Below are positions 1-8,587 of a stretch of 33,761 nt of DNA, one piece after another. The stretch lies in sequence record SRR22947727_4286. The stretch is one strand, 5' to 3'. The translations under genes were made by a program, and so were the position numbers. The first letter of the stretch is position 1; every line of letters begins with the position of its first letter. Below the pieces are notes generated by a model. That model was given only the letters and a program-made list of their open reading frames with translations, did no database searches and was not told where the DNA came from.

Positions 1-1
1 G

Positions 2-82
2 GTTGTGAAGGTGTTCTGCAAGGTGTTTGAGCGCAATGAATCGGATGACCGCTCTGAATTCGAACTGGCCTTGGCCAGCTAA
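2..82 (+). CDS. chlI: Magnesium chelatase subunit I, C-terminal fragment (gene runs in from the left edge)
   Basis: Manual translation VVKVFCKVFERNESDDRSEFELALAS* resembles the picocyanobacterial ChlI C-terminus. chlI-ruvC adjacency is the usual order as I recall it. Confidence 0.75.
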   Translation, partial: VVKVFCKVFERNESDDRSEFELALAS

Positions 83-88
83 TTCCCG

Positions 89-571
89 TTGCGGATCCTT
101 GGCATTGATCCAGGCCTAGCTCGGGTCGGCTACGGCGTGATCGACGTTGAGCCACGCAAGGGCAACCAGGAAGGCTCGCAACGGATGGTCGACTGCGGAA
201 TCATTCGCACCGATCCAGGCCGAAGCGAGGGAGAGCGAATGGTGGAAATTGCGCGTGATCTGCGCCAAATCATTCGCATCCATCAACCAGAACTGGCCAG
301 CGTGGAGAAGTTTTTCTTCTACCGCTCCAGCAACACCATCGCCGTGGTGCAGGCCCGCGGGGTGTTGATCATGACGCTCACGCGCTTTGGGCTGCCGATT
401 GTGGAATTCCCGCCGATGCAAATTAAGCAGGCGTTAACGGGTCATGGCCATGCCGACAAAGACGAAGTTCTTGAAGCCGTGATGCGTGAACTCAATCTCG
501 ACACTCCCCCACGACCTGATGATGCTGCCGATGCCCTAGCCGTTGCGCTGACCGCATGGTTTCAAAAGTAA
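89..571 (+). CDS. ruvC: Crossover junction endodeoxyribonuclease RuvC
   Basis: ILGIDPG N-terminus, VEKFF, QARGV, TGHGHADK and PDDAADALAVA catalytic motifs. TTG start. Confidence 0.97.
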   Translation: MRILGIDPGLARVGYGVIDVEPRKGNQEGSQRMVDCGIIRTDPGRSEGERMVEIARDLRQIIRIHQPELASVEKFFFYRSSNTIAVVQARGVLIMTLTRFGLPIVEFPPMQIKQALTGHGHADKDEVLEAVMRELNLDTPPRPDDAADALAVALTAWFQK

Positions 572-990
572 ATAGCGAGCAAACTGAGAAGCGAAATCTT
601 GCCTAGGAAAGAGGCCTAAAGAGTAAAAAAATAACGCCAATCAGGCATTCAAACAACTCCAAAAGTCACTACAGGAGTGAAAATTGAGCGTATATATGAA
701 TACTGACAACAGCTGCACATCACCTCAAGAGGACAAGAGTATAAATGGCATAGAGTTGAAACTTGCAAGAGGTGAAGTCTATTCGAGCAAGAAAACCTGC
801 AGGTATCAGTCTTTTATCGTTCCCCTGAAAGGCAGGGAATGCCATGCATTTCTAAGCACAAAAAAGCCCATGGTTTAGCAATTAAACGAAGATATTTAGC
901 AGCAATGATTAGGCGAAGAAAACGAAATAAGTAATTAAGCTATTAGCAAGATAGCCAACAGCATCATTGGAATTCTGCTAACACAGTTTT

Positions 991-1080
991 TTAACCAATC
1001 CACTGATCAACAGTAAGGACTGAAGAAATGAGAGCAACATTGAGCAGGAGGAGCAGACCTGCGACCGAAAGAGTAACCAT
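991..1080 (-). CDS. Putative 29-aa single-pass membrane micro-protein
   Basis: Manual translation MVTLSVAGLLLLLNVALISSVLTVDQWIG*, one hydrophobic helix, below the ORF-track cutoff. Confidence 0.4.
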   Translation of the reverse strand: MVTLSVAGLLLLLNVALISSVLTVDQWIG

Positions 1081-1100
1081 TGTCACATTTTGACAAATAC

Positions 1101-1119
1101 AAAAGCCTCACTGCGAGGC
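1101..1119 (-). terminator. Possible weak intrinsic terminator (minus strand)
   Basis: On the minus strand GCCTC-GCAGT-GAGGC is followed by TTTT. Confidence 0.3.
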
Positions 1120-1276
1120 GAAATCTGTAGTGAAACCAAAAATCTTGGCAGTGTTGGCAAGTCCATATCAATGCAGGCCTAGGCCCTTAAGGACTCCTGC
1201 CTTACGGGATCAACATTGATGGAGCGCTCAGCATGAGCTTGGATGGTCATAAGCATCAAACCGATGGCATTGCGAA

Positions 1277-1396
1277 ATGGGACCTGACACACAAATCGGA
1301 CCTGTGGTTCTCGTGGCAGCCACGGTTGTGATCATCTTCATGGCGATGGCAGCCTCCAGCTCTGGAAGCTTCGAGTGCATCGGCGCCTGCGGATAG
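1277..1396 (+). CDS. Putative 39-aa membrane/secreted micro-protein with C-terminal CxxxC
   Basis: Manual translation MGPDTQIGPVVLVAATVVIIFMAMAASSSGSFECIGACG*. An in-frame stop at 1250 upstream fixes the start. Confidence 0.55.
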   Translation: MGPDTQIGPVVLVAATVVIIFMAMAASSSGSFECIGACG

Positions 1397-1506
1397 GGAA
1401 AAGAGCGTTTGCGCTGATGACGGAGAAACGGCAACACAGGTTGTCCTTTTAATCAGTAACCAAGAAGAAAAGCTGCTATCAATGGGGGATTGGATGCCCT
1501 GCTTCT

Positions 1507-1857
1507 ATGAACGAGAAGATGGAACAAAGCCTGAACTGGCTTGGGCTTACCGCTGACGAACAAGCAAAGATTTACCGGAAGGTTCCAGAATCTGCAAAAG
1601 AATTTGGCGAGTTCTACCGACTCGCTGGAGAAATTTATTATGCAGGTAATGACAGCAGCTGGTTTATCACAATCCCCAATGAGTATCGAAACCTCTACCC
1701 GGATAGATTTGCATACCAAGAAGGGAGGGCAGAAGAACCAGCATTTATCCACACACAAGTGATTGAATGCCTAACGGGCGAGTTCAACGAAAATGCTGTT
1801 TTAGAAGATTATATTGGCGTCAAAAGAGAACACGTAGGAGAATTCTCAATTTGCTAA
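1507..1857 (+). CDS. Hypothetical protein (acidic, aromatic-rich)
   Basis: 116-aa ATG ORF with protein-like composition. No family recognised. Confidence 0.65.
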   Translation: MNEKMEQSLNWLGLTADEQAKIYRKVPESAKEFGEFYRLAGEIYYAGNDSSWFITIPNEYRNLYPDRFAYQEGRAEEPAFIHTQVIECLTGEFNENAVLEDYIGVKREHVGEFSIC

Positions 1858-1872
1858 TTAAAAAAGCAGAAT

Positions 1873-2214
1873 TCAGATGACTGGGAACGAAAAAACAGAA
1901 GCATCAGAGAGAGTTTTTTTAATTGATTCCAAATAAGACACATAGTCCTTCATTAAGGATTCTCTTATCCAGATCGCATAGATCGTATAGCCCTTTTGAT
2001 CAACAGCCTTCACCCTGACACCATCAATTTGTTGACGAACCCAAGAGCCAGAGTTATTGCTTGGCTTGATAAAAGCATCAAGCTCCTCCTTCAAAATAAA
2101 GTCGATAACGAGATTCTTTTCCACACACAGGCGTACGAATTCAACCACATCTTCAACCGATGCAAGTCGATGAAGAGTGGTAATAGCATTGGATTGGATT
2201 AAGTCCATCGTCAA
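1873..2214 (-). CDS. Hypothetical protein
   Basis: 113-aa ORF convergent with 1507..1857, with a 15-nt gap and an alpha/beta-like pattern. The start may be the internal ATG (MDLIQ). Confidence 0.6.
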   Translation of the reverse strand: MTMDLIQSNAITTLHRLASVEDVVEFVRLCVEKNLVIDFILKEELDAFIKPSNNSGSWVRQQIDGVRVKAVDQKGYTIYAIWIRESLMKDYVSYLESIKKTLSDASVFSFPVI

Positions 2215-2511
2215 TGGCAGAGGCTAAAAGGCCCAAAACTGAAGCTGAGAGCTTTTTATTATCAGAATCATAGTCACTGATCGCATCTAAATCAATACAG
2301 CATGAATAAGAAAAAGAAAGTGAACCGTAAAGGACAGCACGATCTTTAAGCCATCATGGGGCGTTGGCACAAAGCGTGGATGAAGGAATGGTCTCCTATC
2401 AAGCTATCAATGAATGAAAAGTGCGAGGAGTGCAATCACAAGCCAGCAGGATGAGCAGAGGAGATGCAACTAGCTATGATATTCAAAAGATGTCTGGCGC
2501 AGTCAACGAGA

Positions 2512-4215
2512 ATGTCACTTCCTCCTAAGCAAAGTTCTAAACAATCCTTAGCCTCTTTTGATGATTTTATTCAACACTCAAATTACTCACTACTAAACAC
2601 CCTTAATCCTGATCCTGAATCCACAAAAGATGGGCAAGATCATCGGCCTCGACAGGTCCGCTCTGGTCATTTTGTTCCTGTTACTCCAAAGCCACTGGCA
2701 CAACCCACCTATGTAAGCCATAGCGAAACATTATTTTGCGAACTTGGCTTGGATCAAGATCTGGCCTTCAACGAGGAGTTTAAGAAACTATTCTCGGGTG
2801 ATCTTTCTGAAATGCGAGAGCCAATGCGACCTTTTGGCTGGGCCACAGGATATGCATTATCTATTTATGGAACTGAATATAATCAACAATGTCCATTTGG
2901 AAATGGCAATGGATACGGGGATGGTCGCGCTATTTCTGTCTTCGAAGGAATCCTTAATGGTCAGCGTTGGGAGATGCAATTAAAAGGCGGTGGCCCCACT
3001 CCTTACTGCCGGGGGGCTGACGGGCGTGCCGTTCTGCGCTCAAGCGTAAGAGAGTTTCTCGCACAGGACTTGATGCATGCCCTCGGGGTACCGACGTCAC
3101 GTTCTTTGACACTCTATGTTTCACAAACAGAGACAGTTAGGCGGCCTTGGTATTCAGAAAACTCCAACTCTTCTGATCCCGATATTTTAGTGGAGGATCC
3201 GGTTGCCATTTCAACCCGTGTAGCACCCTCCTTTTTACGCGTTGGTCAATTGGAATTATTCGCACGACGTGCTCGAAACAGTGACCATCCAGACGTATTA
3301 AAAGAGTTACGCATGATTGTGCTGCATTTAATCGATCGAGAATACAAATCTGAAATCGATCAAACTCTAGATTTTTCTACTCAATTAATACAGTTAGCAG
3401 AGCTCTACCAAGATCGACTCACGAATTTAGTTGCCAATTGGTTACGTATTGGTTATTGCCAAGGCAATTTCAATAGTGATAATTGCGCAGCTGGTGGCTT
3501 CACCCTCGACTATGGACCGTTTGGATTTTGTGAGGTCTTTGATCCGCGTTTCCAGCCTTGGATTGGGGGTGGCGAACACTTCTCCTTTTTTAACCAGCCT
3601 GTGGCAGCAGAAGCCAATTTTTATATGTTTTGGAAGTCCATCAGGCTACTTGTCATAGATAATGCGGCAGTTTTAGAGCAATTAGACAAGATCTGTGGTG
3701 GGTTTAAACAAACAATCAATACCACTATTGAACAGATGTGGGCAGACAAGCTTGGTCTTACCCACTACAACGAAGCTCTGGTCAATACGTTATTTCAGCT
3801 CATGATCGAAACCAAAGTTGATTTCACAATTTTCTTTCGTGAGCTTTGCAAGATGCCAAAGCATTGGTCTGATTTAAAAACAAGCTTTTATACATCGATC
3901 CCTACAGACCTGGAGCATCAATGGCAAGCCTGGCTTCAGAGCTGGAACGAACGCATCGGAGACCGTGAGGATCGGACCGGGATCGCGGAAAAGATGAATC
4001 GCGTTAATCCGAAATACACCTGGCGCGAGTGGCTCATTGCTCCTGCTTATCAACAAGCCAAGCAAGGCGACTATGCACTCATCAAAGAGCTACAGGAAGT
4101 CTTTAGCCATCCCTACGACGAACAATCACAAGCCATCGAAGAAAAATACTACCGGCTAAAACCTGATCAGTACCTCAATGCTGGAGGAATTTCTCATTAC
4201 AGCTGCTCATCATAA
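2512..4215 (+). CDS. selO: Protein adenylyltransferase SelO family (YdiU/UPF0061)
   Basis: [54 protein letters not shown] and C-terminal CSS motifs. The ORF is open from 2464; ATG 2512 chosen as start. Confidence 0.93.
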   Translation: MSLPPKQSSKQSLASFDDFIQHSNYSLLNTLNPDPESTKDGQDHRPRQVRSGHFVPVTPKPLAQPTYVSHSETLFCELGLDQDLAFNEEFKKLFSGDLSEMREPMRPFGWATGYALSIYGTEYNQQCPFGNGNGYGDGRAISVFEGILNGQRWEMQLKGGGPTPYCRGADGRAVLRSSVREFLAQDLMHALGVPTSRSLTLYVSQTETVRRPWYSENSNSSDPDILVEDPVAISTRVAPSFLRVGQLELFARRARNSDHPDVLKELRMIVLHLIDREYKSEIDQTLDFSTQLIQLAELYQDRLTNLVANWLRIGYCQGNFNSDNCAAGGFTLDYGPFGFCEVFDPRFQPWIGGGEHFSFFNQPVAAEANFYMFWKSIRLLVIDNAAVLEQLDKICGGFKQTINTTIEQMWADKLGLTHYNEALVNTLFQLMIETKVDFTIFFRELCKMPKHWSDLKTSFYTSIPTDLEHQWQAWLQSWNERIGDREDRTGIAEKMNRVNPKYTWREWLIAPAYQQAKQGDYALIKELQEVFSHPYDEQSQAIEEKYYRLKPDQYLNAGGISHYSCSS

Positions 4216-4309
4216 ATTTAGTGCAGCTCATCGATTGCAAGTTGCTCTTTCCGTCCATGAGGTTGCATGCAATCGCTTTCTCAACCGCCTCAGCCATCGA
4301 CTGAACAAC

Positions 4310-4612
4310 ATGAACCCACCTGATCAACAAGGAATAGCGACAGAAGCAACAATCGAATCCATCCAGCAAGCGCTCAATGATCTTCTCCATCAGCTTGCTC
4401 CCGCTTTGAGCAAGAAAAGCGAGGCCATGGCCTCAGATCCCATGAGCAGAATTGAGTACTGCATGACGCTGGTTAAGTCGGAAGCCTCATTAGCGGCCTC
4501 TTTGATCGCAGATTGTGCGCCCCAAGGGCGCCCAATGTTGGCACAGGCCCAGCAAACACTTAAGAGCCTAGAAAGCTTGCAAAGACTGGGTAAAACAGCC
4601 CTCAAAGCTTGA
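4310..4612 (+). CDS. Hypothetical helical protein
   Basis: The MNPPDQQG...KTALKA part of the 4178 ORF is amphipathic helical. The upstream extension overlaps selO and is rejected. Confidence 0.65.
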   Translation: MNPPDQQGIATEATIESIQQALNDLLHQLAPALSKKSEAMASDPMSRIEYCMTLVKSEASLAASLIADCAPQGRPMLAQAQQTLKSLESLQRLGKTALKA

Positions 4613-4653
4613 TTCGCGGCACATCCAAACGACCTACTTTGTTTGAAAACTGA

Positions 4654-4920
4654 TCACTGAGGCTCAGTGGGATACAGCTTCCACTCCGCATCGTCTGGAA
4701 CGGAGGGAGGCGACAGCAAATCAGCAGGCTCCGAGAACACCACCCTCCACTCCGGCACCCTGCACGGCACATAGTCGTGATGCTCAATCCTCACGCCTCC
4801 AATCACGGAAGGAGCTCCGTACCAGCCCCCCTTCCAACTTCCCTCCGTCTTCAACGGGTCGCCCTTGAACCAAACCCAGCAACGGGCGTTGGGTTGGGTT
4901 GTGGATTTTGGTGCGGGCAT
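4654..4920 (-). CDS. Conserved hypothetical picocyanobacterial protein (Trp/Pro-rich)
   Basis: 88 aa with CWVWF..W.GGW, PCRVPEWRVVF..P. It resembles small hypothetical proteins of marine Synechococcus/Prochlorococcus. Confidence 0.75.
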   Translation of the reverse strand: MPAPKSTTQPNARCWVWFKGDPLKTEGSWKGGWYGAPSVIGGVRIEHHDYVPCRVPEWRVVFSEPADLLSPPSVPDDAEWKLYPTEPQ

Positions 4921-5249
4921 TCACTCACCAGCAGAACTCAGGTTCTAATCAAATCTTGAGAAAGAAACCATCGATAAAGACTCCAACAACTCTCTCGGCC
5001 GAATATTTGCTTCATGGCATTGAGGAGAGCTCTCAGCAACAGGGCGTTGTCCATGCGCGTCAAAGAATCACGGATCGTTTTCCCCCAAGAGCAAACTCAA
5101 CGCTGATCCCAAGCCTCGCTGCGTTGCTGCCAAGACTCTGAGGTGAGAAACCCCTGCAAAGACAGGGCTTGATATCAAACTAAAGATGGATTGAGGGGCT
5201 GGATCACTCGTGAGCGGTCAAGGGTCGCCTTTCGACGCAAAACCGGCCT

Positions 5250-6020
5250 ACACCAACAACTTGATCATCTGCTCACCCTCCAGCACGACGTGATTTGCGA
5301 TTTGTATCACATCGAGGTCAGTAAAAAGCTGGTCATTTCCTCAACATGCGTCAAAACCCTGCACAAGCTTGATGGCAGCCGATGAGATCAAGTCGCTCAG
5401 ACGGCTCGCTCAGCTGATAACGACTGAAACAGCTCGCAATTGGAAGTGCTGAGATCTTGAAATCCACTCACTGAATAAAAATCGTTAACGGTGGATTCCT
5501 CTGTCTGCTGTCGTGCAGCGTTAGAGCTGAGACGCACGATCTCATCAAGCTTTTGTGGTAGAGCATCAAGCGACAGCACAAACCTCAGCGCATCAATATT
5601 GACTTCAAAAAAGGCAGAGGCTGACTTAGTGCTGCACTGTCTTTACCGTTGCGATACGCAAGCAATAAGCAATGGATTCGCGAGGCCTGCTTAATCCAAT
5701 GGCTTGAACTGGCCTGGTGAGCTGCATTCTGAGGCTGGATTGATCTCAGGAGATCAAGCTGCTGCAGGGCCCGTTGGTATTAACAGCCGCTCACCTGAGC
5801 ACAACCGAGGCAGCCACCAAGTTGACAACCTTCTTAGTAGTCAATACAAGCCGAAACCATTCGACGAGCTTGTTTATCCCATTGATCTTCGGCACAAGGA
5901 ACGACCACATCAGCTCCTCAGCATATGGATGTAAGACACGCTGCTGGATCAGACCGCAAATGAGCCAGGCAGCAAAATCAAGATCTCCATCTGACTCTTC
6001 TCTAGGGATAGAGCATTATC
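5250..6020 (-). pseudogene. Probable decayed gene (fragmented helical protein)
   Basis: Consecutive protein-like fragments in shifting frames with internal stops: DLDFAAWLICGLIQQRVLHPYAEEL / AEDQWDKQARRMVSACIDY* / YQRALQQLDLLRSIQ...LLAYRNGK / FEVNIDALRFVLSLDALPQKLDEIV. Boundaries are approximate. Confidence 0.35.
5628..5646. repeat. Copy 1 of 19-bp direct repeat AGTGCTGCACTG(T/C)CTTTAC
   Basis: 18/19 identity to 8047-8065. It contains the palindrome AGTGC-T-GCACT. Confidence 0.8.
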
Positions 6021-6205
6021 ACCAAACTCTCAAAAGCCCTGCAGCATCTTGTAAAAGTGAGTCAGAGCATCCCTGTTGCTGAAGAATTACTGAATCGGAA
6101 TCGTTTTCTGACAGAGAAAGAGGCAAGAGGGAAAGCAACTGATATGGGCAAATAGTTGACTAGTAGGCATGGAGTTTGTTAGTAATAGTGAAACGCAAGT
6201 TTCAA

Positions 6206-6574
6206 ATGCTCACCGGTTCCGACCTGCTCACCAAGGTAAAAGACCTTGGAGATGTATCCAAGACTGATCTCGCCACAGCATGTGGCTACGTCTCTAAAAA
6301 GAAAGACGGCAGTGACCGGGTCAATTTCACCGCCTTTTATGAAGCTCTCCTCAATGCCAAAGGCATTGACCTCGGCGGCGGAAACGCTGGCGTTGGTAAA
6401 GGCGGACGCAAGCTTTCTTACGTTGCAACAGTTCAGGGCAACGGCAATCTGCTGATCGGCAAGGCTTACACCGCCATGCTCGATCTCCAAGTTGGTGACG
6501 AATTCACCATCAAGCTTGGCAAAAAAGCGATTCGCTTGATTCCTGTGGGTGGTGAGGAAGAAGGCGACGAGTGA
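6206..6574 (+). CDS. Cyanobacterial AbrB-like transcriptional regulator (cyAbrB family)
   Basis: LTGSDLL.KVK, ACGY, NFTAFYEALL.AKG, GRKLSY...VQGNGNLLIG.AYT, GDEF.IKLG.K.IRL are the cyAbrB signature. Confidence 0.95.
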   Translation: MLTGSDLLTKVKDLGDVSKTDLATACGYVSKKKDGSDRVNFTAFYEALLNAKGIDLGGGNAGVGKGGRKLSYVATVQGNGNLLIGKAYTAMLDLQVGDEFTIKLGKKAIRLIPVGGEEEGDE

Positions 6575-6597
6575 GTCCTTCTCCTATCGATTGAGTT

Positions 6598-6623
6598 AAG
6601 CCCCGCCACCAGCGGGGTTTTTT
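6598..6623 (+). terminator. Rho-independent terminator of the abrB-like gene
   Basis: AAGCCCCGC-CACCA-GCGGGGTTT stem-loop followed by a T run, 23 nt after the stop. Confidence 0.9.
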
Positions 6624-6680
6624 ATTGCCCAGCACTGAAGAGATCAGCCGAGTAGAACGTCAAGATGACGTAACGGTGCA

Positions 6681-6905
6681 ATGACCAGGGTCGAAGAAAC
6701 TGCGATCAACCTCACCGTGCAGTGGCTTCAAAACAATGGATACGAGAGCGCCGATGACTATTTGCAGAACGGCGGAAATCTTGTGCAGCTCGCAGAAGAT
6801 CTCTATCACAAGGAAACACAGGGGGATCTGCAATGTGTATGGGGTGATCGAAAACGACGCGATGGATTTGCTGGTTCCCTGTATCTCGCCGCAGAATCGA
6901 TCTAA
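6681..6905 (+). CDS. Conserved hypothetical protein
   Basis: 74-aa ATG ORF with natural codon use and helical composition (WLQNNGY..ADDYL.NGGNL). Confidence 0.75.
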   Translation: MTRVEETAINLTVQWLQNNGYESADDYLQNGGNLVQLAEDLYHKETQGDLQCVWGDRKRRDGFAGSLYLAAESI

Positions 6906-7263
6906 AAGCTCGCTACATCTGTAAGCGGGCCAGCGCGCGGAATCGATTAGTCAACGGCCTATGAACCAAAGGAGCACAGACTCAAATCGGTGCTCATCAT
7001 GAAGAAATTATGGAAGGGATCGCTCAGGCTGATATTTGGCATCGGTCGATCGAGAGAAGGGCTTCACGCTCACAAATTGGTGCTGAGCATCAGCGCGCAA
7101 GCCAACCTGGCTCCAATCAATCGCTCTAACAACTTGGAATGAGTGTGTTCACAGCACTTCCAAGCGTGTGATTGAAATAAGAGGCCTGTCTAAACTTTCC
7201 AAATCGTTTTCACTGGGTCTTGATCAGCACCCTGGGAATTGAGTCTCACTTCAAGCAGGTTTC

Positions 7264-8004
7264 GTGACACTCAATCGACGCTCTTTTTTGTTTCGTAGTG
7301 GCCTAAATGCCTTTGGTCTCGCGGCTGCGATGCAGTTGATCAAGCCGGCTAAGGCCGAAGCAGCGGTTCTAGCGCAGAAGGAATCAGCCCAATCCTGCCG
7401 GCCAGACGATTCACTCACGGCCCTGATCGATGGAAATGCGCGGTTTGCAGCAGCTTGGCAAGCGAAGAACAAGGCCACGAGTTTGAACGAACGTGCCCAA
7501 GTGATGTCCAACCTTTGGTTAGACAATTGCTTCCTTGCTTCAAGCGTTCTGGAAGAGTCTCAATCCCCTTGGGCTTCCATCATCAGCTGCGCCGACTCCA
7601 GAGTTGCTCCGGAATGGATTTTTGATGCTGCTGCTGGTGATTTGTTTGTTGTGCGTAGCGCAGGAAACACTCCTTTTGATGAGGGAATTGCCTCTCTCGA
7701 GTTTGGCGTTGCAGTCTTAAAAACGCCCTTGATCTTGGTCTTGGGCCACAGCAATTGTGGCGCTGTTCAAGCCGCTCGAACGAATAAAACACTCACACCA
7801 CTATTTGATCAGCTCATCGAACCGATTCGAGCCAATTTGGTCCCAGGAGACACCTTGACGAACGCCATTAAGAACAATGCCAGTGCAACGGCTCAACAAC
7901 TCACGACACGTAGCGACGTTTTAGCCAAGGCAGTTCAATCGGGAGAGCTTCAAATCGTGGCCGGGTATTTTGATATTGCCTCCGGCAAGGTCTCCATCGT
8001 CTGA
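7264..8004 (+). CDS. Beta-class carbonic anhydrase with twin-arginine (Tat) signal peptide
   Basis: N-terminal NRRSFL Tat motif and AxA cleavage region. L..GN.RF, CADSRV.PE, GDLFVVR.AGN and LGHSNCGAV supply the Cys/His/Cys Zn ligands. Confidence 0.93.
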   Translation: MTLNRRSFLFRSGLNAFGLAAAMQLIKPAKAEAAVLAQKESAQSCRPDDSLTALIDGNARFAAAWQAKNKATSLNERAQVMSNLWLDNCFLASSVLEESQSPWASIISCADSRVAPEWIFDAAAGDLFVVRSAGNTPFDEGIASLEFGVAVLKTPLILVLGHSNCGAVQAARTNKTLTPLFDQLIEPIRANLVPGDTLTNAIKNNASATAQQLTTRSDVLAKAVQSGELQIVAGYFDIASGKVSIV

Positions 8005-8046
8005 GTTTGAGATGGTAGAAATATTGATCTCACCCCTCAAAACCCA

Positions 8047-8065
8047 AGTGCTGCACTGCCTTTAC
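8047..8065. repeat. Copy 2 of 19-bp direct repeat
   Basis: AGTGCTGCACTGCCTTTAC, 18/19 identical to 5628-5646. Confidence 0.8.
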
Positions 8066-8265
8066 AGGAAACAAGCAAGACTGATGGGTAAGAAAAAAGT
8101 CATTGATTAACGAGTACATAGCTCTTGACTGAGTCCTTTCAATCGATCCTCACAAGAACTTGATGAACAGAGACCAAGGCCATCATTTGGTGACCTGGTT
8201 TGCCTTCGATCGACATACCAAACCACCCAGAAGGAAATCAAGAATGGACCTGAAAGCTGCGCTGA

Positions 8266-8487
8266 TTATTGAGCCCAATGCACTGAGCATTGAAACCGAT
8301 AGGTAAAGGCACCAACACCAATTTCTTTGCAGGTGGTATCCACAACTGTTGCGCCCTTGGGGACGCTGCGCATCGCTTGAGCCGTTGCCATCTGTTCATT
8401 CACACCCTGGGCGGTCGACGTGCCCTTCTCAGCTGCAGCCATAGGCAAGGCCAGCAACAGAGACGCACAAAAGAAAACGGCTTTCAT
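8266..8487 (-). CDS. Small secreted protein with a probable disulfide
   Basis: Sec signal MKAVFFCASLLLALPMAAA. The mature ~54 aa has two Cys (TTC...FQC). Confidence 0.75.
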   Translation of the reverse strand: MKAVFFCASLLLALPMAAAEKGTSTAQGVNEQMATAQAMRSVPKGATVVDTTCKEIGVGAFTYRFQCSVHWAQ

Positions 8488-8587
8488 CAATCAAAGCAGC
8501 GTGTTATTCACGTTTTAGACAAGGAGAAGACGCAACAGGAACGATCACCATGCAGTGCAACGATCAAGTCTTCAAGGCCACCGTTCT

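Noticed and set aside
89..571. RuvC as a Cas12/TnpB-type nuclease
   Set aside because: It is a canonical 160-aa stand-alone Holliday junction resolvase in core synteny, with no array or transposon ends.
684..878. 64-aa ORF in AT-rich spacer
   Set aside because: TTG start, no motif and random-like composition.
4195..4260. Selenocysteine recoding in SelO
   Set aside because: The gene ends Cys-Ser-Ser-TAA with no in-frame UGA.
6961..7142. Short ORFs and a weak CAAATYGGTGCT repeat between the 6681 ORF and the CA gene
   Set aside because: There is no preferred frame, and the 12-bp imperfect repeat is within chance.
8067..8073. GGAAACA motif suggesting a Yfr2-family sRNA
   Set aside because: There is a single copy only. 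The repeated motif and terminator hairpin are lacking.
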